This document shows positions 23,612 to 24,000 of a DNA stretch of 24,000 nucleotides, in pieces. The notes below the pieces were generated by a model that was not told the DNA's origin, ran no database searches, and worked only from the letters and a program-made list of their open reading frames with translations. Origin of the DNA: Candidatus Heimdallarchaeota archaeon (GTDB lineage: Archaea > Asgardarchaeota > Heimdallarchaeia > JABLTI01); contig JAHLVW010000045.1 in assembly GCA_019058275.1 (NCBI GenBank), positions 81,664-105,663 of the forward strand. Direction: 5' to 3'. Position 1 is the first letter of the stretch. The number at the start of each line of letters is the position of its first letter. The position numbers and the translations under genes were made by a program.

Positions 23612-24000
23612 ATGTTCATTGATAAAATTACTAGTAATTCATTACCTCCTCCAGGTGTTGGAATGACAATTAGTTTTCTTTCACTTGGAAAAGAAACAGA
23701 TACAAGTGTTGTAGTTAAGCATATCAAATCGGTTAAAAAAGCAAGTCGAAGACTTTATTGTTTATTATATGTCCATGAATACCAAGAATTAACAATTATC
23801 CAAAAAAGGGAAATTTTCAAACCTTTTATTGATGAAGAATTTGAATCTTTAAAGTATCACATGGTACTTTTTTCAGGATTATATCATATTACTGAAAATA
23901 TATCAAAATTACAAGATCTTGGAATGAATCATCCTAATGAACTTGTCCGTTGTGCTGCTATTTGGTCTCGAGCAAAATTAGGTGACCATAAGGATTTATT
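23612..24000 (+). CDS. Hypothetical protein with a HEAT/PBS-lyase-like repeat (partial; continues beyond the window)
   Basis: The ATG at 23612 is 12 nt after the upstream TAG. The frame is open to the window end. HPNELVRCAAIWSRAKLGDHKDL resembles a HEAT-like repeat (VR.AA..aLg.lGd). Confidence 0.55.
   Translation, partial: MFIDKITSNSLPPPGVGMTISFLSLGKETDTSVVVKHIKSVKKASRRLYCLLYVHEYQELTIIQKREIFKPFIDEEFESLKYHMVLFSGLYHITENISKLQDLGMNHPNELVRCAAIWSRAKLGDHKDL

Larger units (their letters stand above)
11187..24000. mobile_element. tRNA-Pro-adjacent accessory island (defence- or MGE-like); right boundary not in the window
   Basis: Gene content switches abruptly at the tRNA from metabolic genes to a helicase, nucleases, many wHTH proteins and orphans. 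No recombinase and no repeat of the tRNA-Pro 3' end are seen within the window. Confidence 0.5.

Noticed and set aside
11187-24000. Search for an integrase/transposase, and for a second copy of the tRNA-Pro 3' end that would delimit the island
   Set aside because: No ORF shows tyrosine/serine recombinase or DDE motifs that I can recognise. I also could not find the GC-rich string CCGCCCCGGCC or its complement anywhere else in the window. The island call therefore rests on gene content only.
1-24000. CRISPR arrays, rRNA genes and large tandem repeats
   Set aside because: No regularly spaced repeats of 24-40 nt and no rRNA-like GC-rich stretches were seen. The only GC-rich non-coding segments are the two tRNAs, the tRNA-Thr fragment and the 19271-19337 hairpin.
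11187-24000. Compositional (GC) difference between the island and the left-hand chromosome
   Set aside because: Spot counts of individual 60-nt lines gave similar values on both sides (about 30-43% GC). I cannot compute this properly by hand and make no claim.

Overview
AT-rich prokaryotic window. It looks archaeal: TATA-like TTTAAATA promoter boxes, many winged-helix (wHTH) proteins, a free-standing LAGLIDADG protein, oligo-T tracts after tRNAs, and SD-coupled internal operon genes. The taxon cannot be fixed from sequence alone. The left ~11 kb (1-11100) is ordinary chromosome. It holds tRNA-Thr(UGU), an aldo/keto reductase, a LVIVD-repeat surface protein, an MFS exporter with a divergent wHTH regulator, a homocysteine S-methyltransferase-domain protein, an MBL-fold hydrolase, an Ldh_2-family dehydrogenase, a cupin and a class I SAM methyltransferase. 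Four of these genes carry a lesion: two +1 frameshifts, one in-frame TAA and one in-frame TAG. tRNA-Pro(UGG) sits at 11110-11186, and everything to its right (11187 to the window end) is an accessory island with no housekeeping genes. The island's core is a tightly coupled six-gene minus-strand operon (18954 down to 11262). Its order is wHTH protein, 691-aa degenerate-helicase/wHTH/double zinc-ribbon protein, 498-aa orphan, wHTH protein, DExH helicase with a cysteine-less DUF1998-like tail, then a calcineurin-type metallophosphoesterase. I do not recognise this gene combination as any named defence or repair system, and it is my main candidate for a novel system. Next to it lie a GC-rich nested-hairpin element (candidate ncRNA), a wHTH + LAGLIDADG/XRE-HTH gene pair, a 719-aa protein with PD-(D/E)xK nuclease signatures, and a HEAT-like protein cut by the window end. 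No integrase, transposase, CRISPR array or rRNA is visible. All family calls come from motif reading by eye; no database search was run.
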